NCBI GenBank assembly: GCA_964568575.1
Contig: CAZMRN010000001.1
Span: 3,964-67,963, forward strand
Direction: 5' to 3'
From: an uncultured Caulobacteraceae bacterium
Lineage (GTDB): Bacteria; Pseudomonadota; Alphaproteobacteria; Caulobacterales; Aquidulcibacteraceae
Length of the DNA stretch: 64,000 nucleotides
Shown here: piece after piece, positions 47,900 to 56,975 of the stretch
Numbering within the stretch: position 1 is the stretch's first letter
Layout: each line of letters opens with the position of its first letter
The notes under the pieces: generated by a model
The model's input: the letters and a program-made list of their open reading frames with translations, nothing else
What the model was told of the DNA's origin: nothing
The model's database searches: none
Made by a program: the position numbers and the translations under genes

Positions 47900-48145
47900 A
47901 TGAAAAAGCGTGTCATGTTCAGGCTGGCGCTGGGGTGTTTGGCGTGCTGTCTGCCGCTTCTCGCGCCGATACTCGGCGTTGGCGGCGTTGGCGGCGTGGT
48001 CAGCGTCGGCGGATGGCTCGGAGGACTGGACTGGACGACGATTGCCTGTGTGGGACTCATTGCGGCTGTCGCTGCGGGGATGCTGGTGTTCGCTGTGCGC
48101 CGCCGGCGTAGGGCGGACGGGCCGTCTTGTGATGTGAGGGAGTAG
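47900..48145 (+). CDS. 81-aa two-TM membrane protein with vicinal Cys pair, MerF-like (putative metal-ion uptake/handling)
   Basis: [16 protein letters not shown] carries a CC pair in TM1. A second TM and a basic tail with a single Cys follow. It is divergent from the MerR gene. Size and topology recall MerF, but the assignment is tentative. Confidence 0.4.
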   Translation: MKKRVMFRLALGCLACCLPLLAPILGVGGVGGVVSVGGWLGGLDWTTIACVGLIAAVAAGMLVFAVRRRRRADGPSCDVRE

Positions 48146-48153
48146 ATCGCGCG

Positions 48154-48480
48154 ATGTGGATGTGGGCGTTCGTTGGCGCGGCCATTGCCGAGATTGCGGG
48201 ATGCTTCGCGTTTTGGGCGTGGCTAAGACTCGGCAAATCACCGTTCTGGCTTCTTCCGGGAATCGCCTCGCTGATCTTGTTCGCCTACTTGCTGACGCTC
48301 GTGAACGTGGAGCACGCCGGGCGAAGCTACGCCGCCTACGGGGGCATCTACATCGCGGCGGCCGTAGCGTGGCTGTGGTTCGTTGAAGGCGTGAGGCCCG
48401 ACAGGTGGGACGTGATCGGCGTTGCGATATGTCTTATAGGGACGGGCGTCATATTGTTCGGACCGCGCGGACACGCATAG
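48154..48480 (+). CDS. ynfA: YnfA-family (UPF0060) small membrane protein
   Basis: [24 protein letters not shown]...YAAYGGIYI aligns closely with my recollection of E. coli YnfA. Confidence 0.85.
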   Translation: MWMWAFVGAAIAEIAGCFAFWAWLRLGKSPFWLLPGIASLILFAYLLTLVNVEHAGRSYAAYGGIYIAAAVAWLWFVEGVRPDRWDVIGVAICLIGTGVILFGPRGHA

Positions 48481-48493
48481 GCGCTTATGCATG

Positions 48494-49696
48494 CTAGGTC
48501 TTTGGCCGCCAGGGCAGCGCCAGCAACATCACGGCCGCAGCAAACGCGAAAGCGCCTCCAGCAAGAAAAGTTGCTTGTGATCCGATCAAGTCCCAAAGCA
48601 GGCCCGCAACAACGCTGGCGATCAGAAGCGCGACGCCAGTGGTGAGATTGAAGAACCCAAAAGCCGAGCCGCGCAGATCATCGGGAGCGTGATCGGCGAC
48701 GAGCTTGGTGAGCAGGCCCTGCGTCAGCGCCATGTGCACGCCCCACAACGCGATGCCTGCAAAGGCGCCCACAATGCCTGGCGCGAACGCAAGCGTCATG
48801 TCTGCTGCGATCAGGGCGAGAAGGCCTGTGAGAAGCAGCGTATGCGAGGAGATGCGGTCTGATAGAGCCCCGGCCGGCGCGGCGCCGAGCGCATAGACCG
48901 CATTCATGACGACGAGAACCAGAGGCGCGAGGACGAGCGGCAAGCCTTCCGCGCTTGCCTTGAGGACGAGAAATGCTTCGCTGAACCGCGCCAACGTGAA
49001 GACAACGCCCAGAGCCGCCACGCCCCAGAAGGCGCCGCTCAGTCGCTTGAGGTCAGCAAGGCGAATGATCGGCTTTGCTTTCGCTTCGCCGGTAACGTGA
49101 TCTTCCACGCCCACCAGGACGAGCACGACTGCGATAGCGGCTGGAATGAGCGCCAGCCAAAACACCGCGCGCATGTCGTTGGCGAGCAGCGCCATAAGGA
49201 CAATCGCGATCACGGGTCCGATGAACGCGCCGGCGGTATCGAGCGCTTGCCTCACGCCGTAGGCGCGACCGCGAATTTCCGGCGGCGTAACATCCGCCAC
49301 CAGCGCGTCACGCGGCGCGCCGCGCAGACCTTTCCCGATCCGATCTGCAAAGCGCGCCCCGAACACCAGAGATGGGGCGCTCGCCAGCGCGAAGAATGGC
49401 TTGGAGATCGCCCCAAGCCCATAGCCGAGTAGGATCAGTGGCTTTCGCCGCCCGATCTTGTCGGAGATGTAGCCGGAGAAGACTTTCGAGATCGACGCGG
49501 TGGACTCCGCAACGCCGTCGATAATTCCGACCAGAATGACGCTCGCGCCGAGCGTCGTGGTGAGAAAGAGCGGCAAGAGCGCATGGATCATCTCCGAAGA
49601 AATGTCCATGAACAGGCTCACGAAGCCGAGCGCCCAGACGGTGCGCGGTATAGCCGGGAGCGGTCGACTCCTTTTATCCTTTACCAGGGCGCGCAT
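48494..49696 (-). CDS. MFS transporter
   Basis: 400 aa, 12 TM. The MFS loop motif is GYISDKIGRRKPLILLG. Confidence 0.85.
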   Translation of the reverse strand: MRALVKDKRSRPLPAIPRTVWALGFVSLFMDISSEMIHALLPLFLTTTLGASVILVGIIDGVAESTASISKVFSGYISDKIGRRKPLILLGYGLGAISKPFFALASAPSLVFGARFADRIGKGLRGAPRDALVADVTPPEIRGRAYGVRQALDTAGAFIGPVIAIVLMALLANDMRAVFWLALIPAAIAVVLVLVGVEDHVTGEAKAKPIIRLADLKRLSGAFWGVAALGVVFTLARFSEAFLVLKASAEGLPLVLAPLVLVVMNAVYALGAAPAGALSDRISSHTLLLTGLLALIAADMTLAFAPGIVGAFAGIALWGVHMALTQGLLTKLVADHAPDDLRGSAFGFFNLTTGVALLIASVVAGLLWDLIGSQATFLAGGAFAFAAAVMLLALPWRPKT

Positions 49697-49780
49697 GAGA
49701 ACTCCGATTAAATATGGTAGAGCGGAGGGACGACCGCAGGCGCGTAACGCGGCGATTGGCGCAGCAGGAGAGTCCGCCGC

Positions 49781-50323
49781 TCAACGGTTCTCCTCCTGAG
49801 ACTCGAAGACTTTTTGGGCGAAGCCATCGAGCAGCTTTTCGCAAGCTTTAAGGCGCCGCTCGGCCTCCGTTGCTCCGCTGGCGCCATAAAAGTCCAGCTT
49901 GCGAATACGCTCGAACCAGACCTGCAATTTTTTCAGATCAACGTCGTTCTCTTCGAGCTCGGCGTAGCCAAAATTCTTTGCTTTGGTTTCCTTGGCTATC
50001 TCGGCGTCGAAGTCGTCGCACTTGCCCAGGAATTCCTTGTAGGCCTCGTCGCGATCCGCCTTGAAGCGCGTCATCACCTTCTCGGCCTGCGCGCGGTTAA
50101 GCGCCGTTGTTTCGAGCAATACTGACTCACCGGCGGCTTCGCCGATGTCGTGCTCGATGATCTTCAGGCGGCGCAAATGATCGTCGGTCTTCGGCACGAG
50201 GCAGACGCCATTCTGTAAATAAACGGCTCCCATGCCTTTGAGCTTGCGCCAGACCGCCATGCGTGGCGCCGCCGGCTCGGGCGGGATCTTGTAAGTCAGC
50301 AGTAACCACTCGACCCGGTTCAT
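49781..50323 (-). CDS. chrB: ChrB-domain protein (chromate-resistance regulator-like)
   Basis: The N-terminus WLLLTYKIPPEPAAPRMAVWRKLKGMGAVYLQNGVCLVP is characteristic of the ChrB N-terminal domain. Confidence 0.75.
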   Translation of the reverse strand: MNRVEWLLLTYKIPPEPAAPRMAVWRKLKGMGAVYLQNGVCLVPKTDDHLRRLKIIEHDIGEAAGESVLLETTALNRAQAEKVMTRFKADRDEAYKEFLGKCDDFDAEIAKETKAKNFGYAELEENDVDLKKLQVWFERIRKLDFYGASGATEAERRLKACEKLLDGFAQKVFESQEENR

Positions 50324-50615
50324 GGGTACACATTAATGGTAACGACCGTAACATTTCAAGTGTGCTTACCTTCTGCCGCTGACAAACGAGCGCGCGCTCG
50401 CGATGCCTCGCATCCGCGCTAGACTTTTAGCCCTGTGTTCGGCCCGCGCCGGAGGCGCACGCTGCGCCGCTGAGCCAAGACAAAGCCCTGCGTTCTTTAA
50501 TCGCTTGGCTCAGTGCAAGCAGAATCTGGCGCGGTTCCTGTCTGTTTCTATGTTCGGCCTGCAAGAAGCCCGTTTCTCCGTCCCGGCCCAAGCTCAGCAG
50601 CGCGGTGGCGCGCAG

Positions 50616-52174
50616 CCGAGGTCAAGGCCGGCGCGCACGCGCCGCCCGCCAGGGCTTGGCCTTGAGGTCGGCGAGCACGGCCGCAACGATGTTTGCGCAA
50701 CCGGGCGTCACCTGCGTGCAAATGGTCGATCTCCGCACCGGGTCATGGTTCTTTTCGCGGTCAGCAAAGCCGCCGCAACATGGCGGTCGAAGCTGGCGAC
50801 GCTCTGTCCCGATCGCGGTCTCCCTGGATTGGGGCCGCATCGCAGGGGCGCGCGTTCACCGAGCCTCGTCCCGGCGGGACATCGGCGGCGAGCCGGCCTT
50901 ATGGTCGGCGCGCCGATCTCCGAGGGCGTACGCCGTGACGGCGTCGCCGCAATATTCGGTCTTGTTCGCCCAAATGCGATGCATGACGACGGCGAGTTTT
51001 CGCGCCAGCGCGACCTTGGCGCGCTTGCGCCCCAGACGATCCGCGCGCTTTAGCCCCCAGCTGCGCAACGCAGAGGCCTTGCGGTTGGGCTGCATCAAGA
51101 CGTTTGCGGCTTCGAACAAATAGGCGCGCAAGAGTCCGTCGCCGCATCGTGATATGCGCCCCGACACATCGACTTCGCCAGATTGGTATTTCTTGGGTGT
51201 GAGTCCGATGTAAGCGCCAACGGACTCCGATCGTCGAAAGCGATCCGGCGTGTCGATCACGGATTGATACGCCAGAGCGACGACGACGCCAACGCCGGGT
51301 ACGGTCATGAGGCGCCGCGTGACGGCGTCGTCTTTTGCCCGTGTAATAAGCTGACGCTCGATAATTTCGACTTCTTCGCGCAAGGCCTGCCAGGCGCGCA
51401 ACAGCGGTTCGACGATGGCGCTCAGCGCCGCATTGCCTTCGACGGCCTCGCGCACGCGCACTGGAAATCGGCCTTTGGCGCCTCTGGGCACGACGATGCC
51501 GAATGTCTTCATGAGACCGCGCAAGGTGTTGGCGATCGCTTGTCGCTGCGTGACCAGTTGAGCCCGCGCTACCAGCAGCATGCGCAGCGCACTCGCGTCC
51601 ATACTTTTGACCGTCACCTCACGGTACCAGCCCGTCCGAACGACTTGGGCAAGGCCGAGGGCGTCGTTGGCGTCGGTCTTGTTGATCTGCATTTGCAGCG
51701 CCGCCTTAGCGTGGCGCGCATCGACGCAGACGATGGGAAGACCCCGACGCCGCAGCGAGAGCGTCAGCCAGTTGGACAATTGTCCGGTCTCAAGGCCGAT
51801 GCGCACCGCCAGCGGAGCGCGCTTGCGCACGGTCTCCGCCAACGTGCTTGCCTCGGTGGCGCAGGCGCCACGCCAGACGATCTTACCCTCGTCATTGACG
51901 ACGCATATCGCGGTGAGATCCTGGGAAACATCAAGGCCAACGTATTGCTTATCGTTTGGGGTGGTCATGGCGCGCGCTCCTGGCTGGATTGACGCGCGAG
52001 CCTAAGCCGGACCCCGACCGATCGCGCGATTACGCCATGTCCCGACACCTCCAGGACGCCATCGCGCGCAGGCGGCGTCAGGGTGGAAAGCGAAGCGCGC
52101 CTTGACGCCGCCGAGCACGATGGGACGGACCGCTGTTCGTTCCTCCGGATCACGCCATCGCCTCACGCACGCGC
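50616..52174 (-). mobile_element. IS110-family insertion sequence (boundaries approximate)
   Basis: A DEDD-type IS110 transposase gene is flanked by ~200 nt of 5' and several hundred nt of 3' non-coding sequence. No terminal inverted repeats are expected for this family, so the ends cannot be fixed by eye. Confidence 0.5.
50856..51968 (-). CDS. IS110-family transposase (DEDD RuvC-like N domain plus Tnp C domain)
   Basis: 370 aa. YVGLDVSQDLTAICVVNDEG is the first DEDD Asp motif. LMTVPGVGVVVALAY and YIGLTPKKYQSGEVD..GRISRCGD are typical of the IS110 C-terminal domain. Confidence 0.93.
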   Translation of the reverse strand: MTTPNDKQYVGLDVSQDLTAICVVNDEGKIVWRGACATEASTLAETVRKRAPLAVRIGLETGQLSNWLTLSLRRRGLPIVCVDARHAKAALQMQINKTDANDALGLAQVVRTGWYREVTVKSMDASALRMLLVARAQLVTQRQAIANTLRGLMKTFGIVVPRGAKGRFPVRVREAVEGNAALSAIVEPLLRAWQALREEVEIIERQLITRAKDDAVTRRLMTVPGVGVVVALAYQSVIDTPDRFRRSESVGAYIGLTPKKYQSGEVDVSGRISRCGDGLLRAYLFEAANVLMQPNRKASALRSWGLKRADRLGRKRAKVALARKLAVVMHRIWANKTEYCGDAVTAYALGDRRADHKAGSPPMSRRDEAR

Positions 52175-52522
52175 TCATATAACAAACGCAAGCCCTGCAA
52201 CGCCTTCGCGTTGCCACACGACACGGGCCTCGGCCTTTATGCGCAGCGTCGGCTCCACCAGTATTACGTGTTCCGGCAAATCGCGGCGGACAAAGTATTC
52301 GATGCGCGCGCCTGTGGCGCTGATGTTCTTGAGTGCTACTGGCAGCTTTTCCCCATTTGCCAGGATAAGCGCACCTTGCCTGAAGACTGATTGCCGGACA
52401 GCGCGCTCGACCTTGCGCGTCCAGGCGTGTGTCGCAGGCGGCGGCGCAGCGTTCTGCTCGACGACTTGGCGAAGCCGTTTGCTCAAGACGCTGGCTTGAT
52501 CTGACTTGGACTTGCCGAACAT
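52175..52522 (-). CDS. PilZ-domain protein
   Basis: Start MFGKSKSD.. The RKVER ... LKNISATGARIE pattern fits the RxxxR / (D/N)xSxxG c-di-GMP binding motifs. Confidence 0.6.
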   Translation of the reverse strand: MFGKSKSDQASVLSKRLRQVVEQNAAPPPATHAWTRKVERAVRQSVFRQGALILANGEKLPVALKNISATGARIEYFVRRDLPEHVILVEPTLRIKAEARVVWQREGVAGLAFVI

Positions 52523-52553
52523 CGATCGCGCTGCCTCGTGGTGTCGCCGCCGC

Positions 52554-53417
52554 CTATGTTTGTCGCGACCGCCTGAAGGCGCCAGGACTGACGCCAACGA
52601 TCTCTGCGAAAGTGCGCGAGAAATGGCTGGGCGAGCTGAAGCCTGTCACCTCGGCGACCGTTGCGAGCGGCAGCGCGCTTGATTGGATGAGCGCCTTGGC
52701 GCGCTCCACGCGGGCCTCCAGCACATACCGATAGGGCGCCACGCCGACGGTGGTTTTGAACTTGCGCGTGAAATGAAAGAGGCTGAGGCCCGTGAGCGCC
52801 GCGAGATCGGCCACCGAGATGTCGTCCGCAAGTTGGGCGTCCACGAAGTCGCGCACCTTGCCTAATTGCGCCTCGGTCAAGCGTCCATCGCCCGTGTCCG
52901 TCGCAATCGCCTTCAAGAGCTCGGCGCCTGCTGCAATCATATGTGAGTCCATCAGAATCTGTGGCGCGCGCTCGGGCACCTGCGCGAGACGGGCCAGTTT
53001 CGTCATCGTGTTCATTAGCTCAACGCTCTGAAAATAGACCATCGGGTGCAGCGAGCGCTGCGAGGGCGACACTTCCAACTCGTCGAACAGCCAATCCTGA
53101 TCGAAATAGAGGACACTGAAGGCGTTGCTCCGGGCGACGGGTTCGCACCAGCCTTCAACGCGCACGCCATGCGGAAGAAAGGTCATACGCCTGCGCATAT
53201 CGAGGAGACGCACCGGCGCCACCTCATCGCCCGCCATGCCGCCATCGCTCAGCACGATGTCGTGCAGCGCGAGATAAGCGCTCTCGCCGGACCAGGCGAA
53301 GTCGAAGCCGCCTTCGCCCGAAGCGACATGCTCGACAGTGTAGGGCAGGCGACGAACACAGGCGCGCGCTGCGCCCGCTTCGCTCCGCGGATTAAGTGCT
53401 AGCAGTTGGTCGGACAT
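52554..53417 (-). CDS. AraC-family transcriptional regulator
   Basis: The C-terminal double HTH is LAALTGLSLFHFTRKFKTTVGVAPYRYVLEARVERAK...GFSSPSHFSRTFAEIVGVSPGAFRR. Confidence 0.85.
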   Translation of the reverse strand: MSDQLLALNPRSEAGAARACVRRLPYTVEHVASGEGGFDFAWSGESAYLALHDIVLSDGGMAGDEVAPVRLLDMRRRMTFLPHGVRVEGWCEPVARSNAFSVLYFDQDWLFDELEVSPSQRSLHPMVYFQSVELMNTMTKLARLAQVPERAPQILMDSHMIAAGAELLKAIATDTGDGRLTEAQLGKVRDFVDAQLADDISVADLAALTGLSLFHFTRKFKTTVGVAPYRYVLEARVERAKALIQSSALPLATVAEVTGFSSPSHFSRTFAEIVGVSPGAFRRSRQT

Positions 53418-53556
53418 GGAATGAGGTGCTCGGGCTGGCGCAACAGAAACGACAGCAAGATTGTGCCAGACGAGCAATAAACAACAAATTAACCGCGCGC
53501 TCGCTAAATGCTGCCGTCGGCGACGCGAAATGGGCGGGCGCCATGTGGGGACATGG

Positions 53557-54621
53557 ATGGCGGACGAAGCAACCGGCTATGCAGGCGCGGCGGGGATCGC
53601 CTTCGCCCACACGGTCGTCGATCAACTTGGCGACAAAGAAATCGCGCCCACGCCGCCGAATTATGAATTGTGGGCGACCTATAAAACAGGCGCCTTCCCG
53701 GACCTCAACCGCGAAGTCGAAGCGCGTCTCGCCGCCGGCGAGGACCTGACGCCGGCTCTGTGCGAGGACTTGTACGAGCGCTTTTTCATGCCGACGCGCT
53801 CCTACGAGCAACTCGTCCAAACTGGCGAATCCATTGCGCACGAACTGGTCGGCGCACTCGTCCATCTTCGCGAGGCCAACACCAATGCCGGTGCGTTCGC
53901 GAGCAAACTCGAAGACGCCGCGTCCGACATGGAGGCGACGCCCGATCCGTCGCACATCAAGGCCCTCGTGCGAAATCTTGTGGCGGAGACGCGCGAGGTC
54001 GCTGCGCGCAATCGGACGCTGGAAACGCAGATGGAAGCCTCATCCAAACAGATGGAGGCGTTGCAGGTCAGCGTCCGTCAGGCGACTCTGGAGGCCGTGA
54101 CGGATGGGCTGACCGGCCTTGCCAACCGCCGGCATTTCGACCGTCTCCTGTCGCGTCAGGTGGCGGATGCGGCGGAGCGCTCAGCGCCGCTTTGCCTCAT
54201 CATGTGCGACATCGATCACTTCAAGCGGATCAACGATTCCTGGGGCCACCCCGTTGGCGATCAGGTCATCCGCTATGTGGCGAGCGCAATTCAGGCTGCG
54301 GCGCCGAAACCGGCCTGCGGCGCACGCTATGGCGGGGAGGAGTTTGCACTGCTGCTGCCGCGCACAAATCTCGATGCAGCCGAGACCATCGCCCAAGAGC
54401 TCCTCCGGCGCGTGCGCGCGCGCACATTGTCGCGCAAGTCGTCCGGCGAGCTTATCGGACACATCACCATCTCGGCCGGCGTCGCATTGCTGAGGCCAGG
54501 CGAGCGCGCAGAGGCGTTGCTGCGCCGCGCCGATGCCGCACTCTATGAAGCCAAGCGCGCGGGGCGTGACCGCGTCATCTGCGAAAGCGAGAACCGCGCG
54601 GCGGCGAGATCGCCGCAATGA
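53557..54621 (+). CDS. diguanylate cyclase (GGDEF domain)
   Basis: DGLTGLANRRHFD...CDIDHFKRINDSWGHPVGD...RYGGEEFALLLP shows an intact GGEEF active site. The N-terminal region is helical and sensor-like. Confidence 0.88.
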   Translation: MADEATGYAGAAGIAFAHTVVDQLGDKEIAPTPPNYELWATYKTGAFPDLNREVEARLAAGEDLTPALCEDLYERFFMPTRSYEQLVQTGESIAHELVGALVHLREANTNAGAFASKLEDAASDMEATPDPSHIKALVRNLVAETREVAARNRTLETQMEASSKQMEALQVSVRQATLEAVTDGLTGLANRRHFDRLLSRQVADAAERSAPLCLIMCDIDHFKRINDSWGHPVGDQVIRYVASAIQAAAPKPACGARYGGEEFALLLPRTNLDAAETIAQELLRRVRARTLSRKSSGELIGHITISAGVALLRPGERAEALLRRADAALYEAKRAGRDRVICESENRAAARSPQ

Positions 54622-55162
54622 TGCATGGAGCATGCGCCATGGACGTTCGCGAGTGGAGACCGGCGGTCATCGCCTCGTCCAAGTTCGAGGCGCAGATCAT
54701 CGTCGATCTCTTGCGCAACGCCGCTGTCGCCGACGTTCTAACGTTTTGCGATTCAGCGTATGCGCTCGAAGGGCTTCGCGGCGCGCGCGCGAACATGGTG
54801 TTCATGTCCCTCGCCAACGAGACAGCGGCGCTGCAATGGGTGTGCAGTCTGCGGCGCGCCCTGGATCATTCGCTTCGCAAGGCGCCGGTCCTCATCATTT
54901 CGGGCCAGTTGACCGCAGCACAGGCCGAACGGTTTCGACATGCTGGCGCCAATGCCATTGTCGCAAAGCCATTGTCGCAAAGCCGATGTCCACGGCGACG
55001 TTAACTGGCGTTGTGAAGAAAGTCCTCGCGAGGCCACGGCCTTTCATCGAGAGCGCGGTCTATGTCGGACCCTGCCGACGCGCTGGGATCGTGACCGCTG
55101 GCCCCGACAAACGCCGTCGCCAGGTGGACAATATCGAGAAGACGCGCTCCGGCGCGATCTAG
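54618..55162 (+). pseudogene. single-domain response-regulator-like receiver gene, frameshifted by a 14-bp tandem duplication
   Basis: Frame A reads ...RFRHAGANAIVAKPLSQSRCPRRR* (stop at 55004). After removing one 14-bp copy it would read ...AIVAKPMSTATLTGVVKKVLARPRPFIESAVYVGPCRR...* ending at 55162, which is the usual receiver C-terminus. Confidence 0.6.
54954..54981. repeat. perfect 14-bp tandem duplication GCCATTGTCGCAAA x2
   Basis: Read directly from the sequence: 54954-54967 is identical to 54968-54981, and the next bases GCCGATG resume the gene. Confidence 0.9.
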
Positions 55163-55204
55163 AAGTGTCCGGCCCACTGGACGCACGCAAGCGTGGCGCG
55201 CTGC

Positions 55205-55834
55205 TTACCAGCGGAGCAGGCGCGCGCCCATAGTTGCGCCAAGCGCCGCGCAGATTGCAAAGGCAGCTGTGTACCAGGTCGCCACGTAAGGCGCGAAATC
55301 GATCGGGCAGAACAAGGAATAGGGAATGGCGGAGAGCGCGCCTGCTACCGCGCCAGCCGTCATGCCGGCAACGCTCAATCGTGTGGGCCCGAAACGGCGC
55401 ATGGCGAGTATGAGTGCGGCGCCCGTCGGTGCGGCGATCAGGGGGATTTGCCAGAGGCAGCTCGGCACGCCGCCGCCGGTCCAAAGCGTCCAGCGCAGCG
55501 GCTCGTGCGTCATGGCCATTCCTGTGATGGAAACGCCCGCGGCGACGACCGCTACGCTGATCACGCCAAGTGTGGCGCGCGCAATGCGAAGGTCATTGCC
55601 GACAACACGGTTCATGATTGGCAGCATGGCCATCACTACCAACGCGCCGAAGCCCATCTTGAGCGTGGTTGAGAGCCTAGCCGCCTCTAGATCGGGCCGC
55701 ACGCCGCCAATGGCGACGAAGGCGATGCCCGCCAGCAACAGCCCGGCGAGGCCATAGAGCGCAAGCGTGGCGCGTCGCGGCGCCTGCGGCGGCGTCCGGT
55801 GTGAAAGATCGTTGATGAAATCGTCGGTGTTCAT
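55205..55834 (-). CDS. nrsF: NrsF-family (DUF1109) anti-sigma-F membrane protein
   Basis: 209 aa, 6 TM, with N-terminus MNTDDFINDLS. The start overlaps the stop of the upstream ECF sigma gene. Confidence 0.75.
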   Translation of the reverse strand: MNTDDFINDLSHRTPPQAPRRATLALYGLAGLLLAGIAFVAIGGVRPDLEAARLSTTLKMGFGALVVMAMLPIMNRVVGNDLRIARATLGVISVAVVAAGVSITGMAMTHEPLRWTLWTGGGVPSCLWQIPLIAAPTGAALILAMRRFGPTRLSVAGMTAGAVAGALSAIPYSLFCPIDFAPYVATWYTAAFAICAALGATMGARLLRW

Positions 55835-56388
55835 GCTTTGCCGTCCCGCGCCACGAGGCGCATCAAGTTCTTGATCCCGCGATGCACGTTTACTTTAACG
55901 GCTGTTTCGGACAGACCAGTTTCAGCGGCGGCTTCGCCGACGGAGAGTTCATCGAGCTTCACAAGCCGCACGGCTCTTCGTTGCTGCTCCGGGAGCCGCG
56001 CCACCAGCGCGTCCACGTCGCGCTGTGCATCGCCCGCATCTGCGGTGTCCGCCGCGAAGAGATCGTCCATGCCGTCGATCGGGATGTGTGCCCGCAGGCC
56101 CTCGCGGCGCAAGTGATCGATCACTTTGTAGCGCGCAATCGCGTACACCCATGCGGTCATCGGCTGACGCGATGCATCATAGCTTTCACGGCGTATATGG
56201 ATGGCGAGCAGGACGTCCTGGAGCACGTCTTCTACGTCGCTGTCGTGTCTTTGAAGGTGACGGCGCACGAAAGGACGAAGCAGTCCCGCGAGCGACGACA
56301 GCAGCGTAGCATAGGCGGTGGAATCGCCCGCGCGCGCGGCGGCCAAAAGCGGCATGAGCCGCGCATTGGCGGCCTCGCTCCGGGTCAT
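55831..56388 (-). CDS. ECF (sigma-70 family) RNA polymerase sigma factor, SigF-like
   Basis: Start MTRSEAANARL.. Region 2 is DVLQDVLLAIHIRRESYD...WVYAIARYKVIDHLRR. Region 4 is LPEQQRRAVRLVKLDELSVGEAAAETGLSETAVKVNVHRG. Confidence 0.88.
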   Translation of the reverse strand: MTRSEAANARLMPLLAAARAGDSTAYATLLSSLAGLLRPFVRRHLQRHDSDVEDVLQDVLLAIHIRRESYDASRQPMTAWVYAIARYKVIDHLRREGLRAHIPIDGMDDLFAADTADAGDAQRDVDALVARLPEQQRRAVRLVKLDELSVGEAAAETGLSETAVKVNVHRGIKNLMRLVARDGKA

Positions 56389-56491
56389 CGAACGATCATG
56401 CTCTGCTGCATCGTCTAAGTGTAGCTCCGTGGCGCCAGGCGCGCGAGCCGTTCCAGAGAACGCCACAGCAACGAACGCCGCGCCGTGCACG

Positions 56492-56965
56492 TCACGCCGC
56501 CTTCGGCCTGGGACGCTCAAGCCACAGCAACGCCGCGGCAATTGCGAGAAACGCAAGCGCCATCATGAACAGCCCACCGCCGTCGGTCGGAAGGTTCATA
56601 GCATCGATCTCGGCGACGCTCTTACCTTGCTGCAACAGCGGAACGAGCTGATCCATTGCGGGAATGGCGATGCCGAGTAAGGGCGAGAGATGAAATCCGA
56701 TCGCCGCAAGCGTGATCGCGCCCGCGACGAGCGCGCCGAAGAAGCGTGTGCGCGGAATGACAAGCAGGACGGCTGCGGCGAGTTCGCCTGCGCCGGTCAG
56801 ATAGCGGAGGTAAGGCTCAAAGAGATCGACGCCCGAGCGCCCGGCAATGAGCGCGAAGATGGGGTTTGGCGATGGGCCGATGAATTTTGGCAGCCCGACC
56901 ATGAAGACCAGCGCTGCCGCGAACCCGACGGCGAGAATCCAAGAAGCGATTGTTGCAAGTTTCAT
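56492..56965 (-). CDS. DoxX-family membrane protein
   Basis: Start MKLATIASWILAVGF.. Four TM helices with a LPKFIG...LRYLTGAGELAAAVLLVIP pattern typical of DoxX. Confidence 0.7.
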   Translation of the reverse strand: MKLATIASWILAVGFAAALVFMVGLPKFIGPSPNPIFALIAGRSGVDLFEPYLRYLTGAGELAAAVLLVIPRTRFFGALVAGAITLAAIGFHLSPLLGIAIPAMDQLVPLLQQGKSVAEIDAMNLPTDGGGLFMMALAFLAIAAALLWLERPRPKAA

Positions 56966-56975
56966 GTTCGCATCC

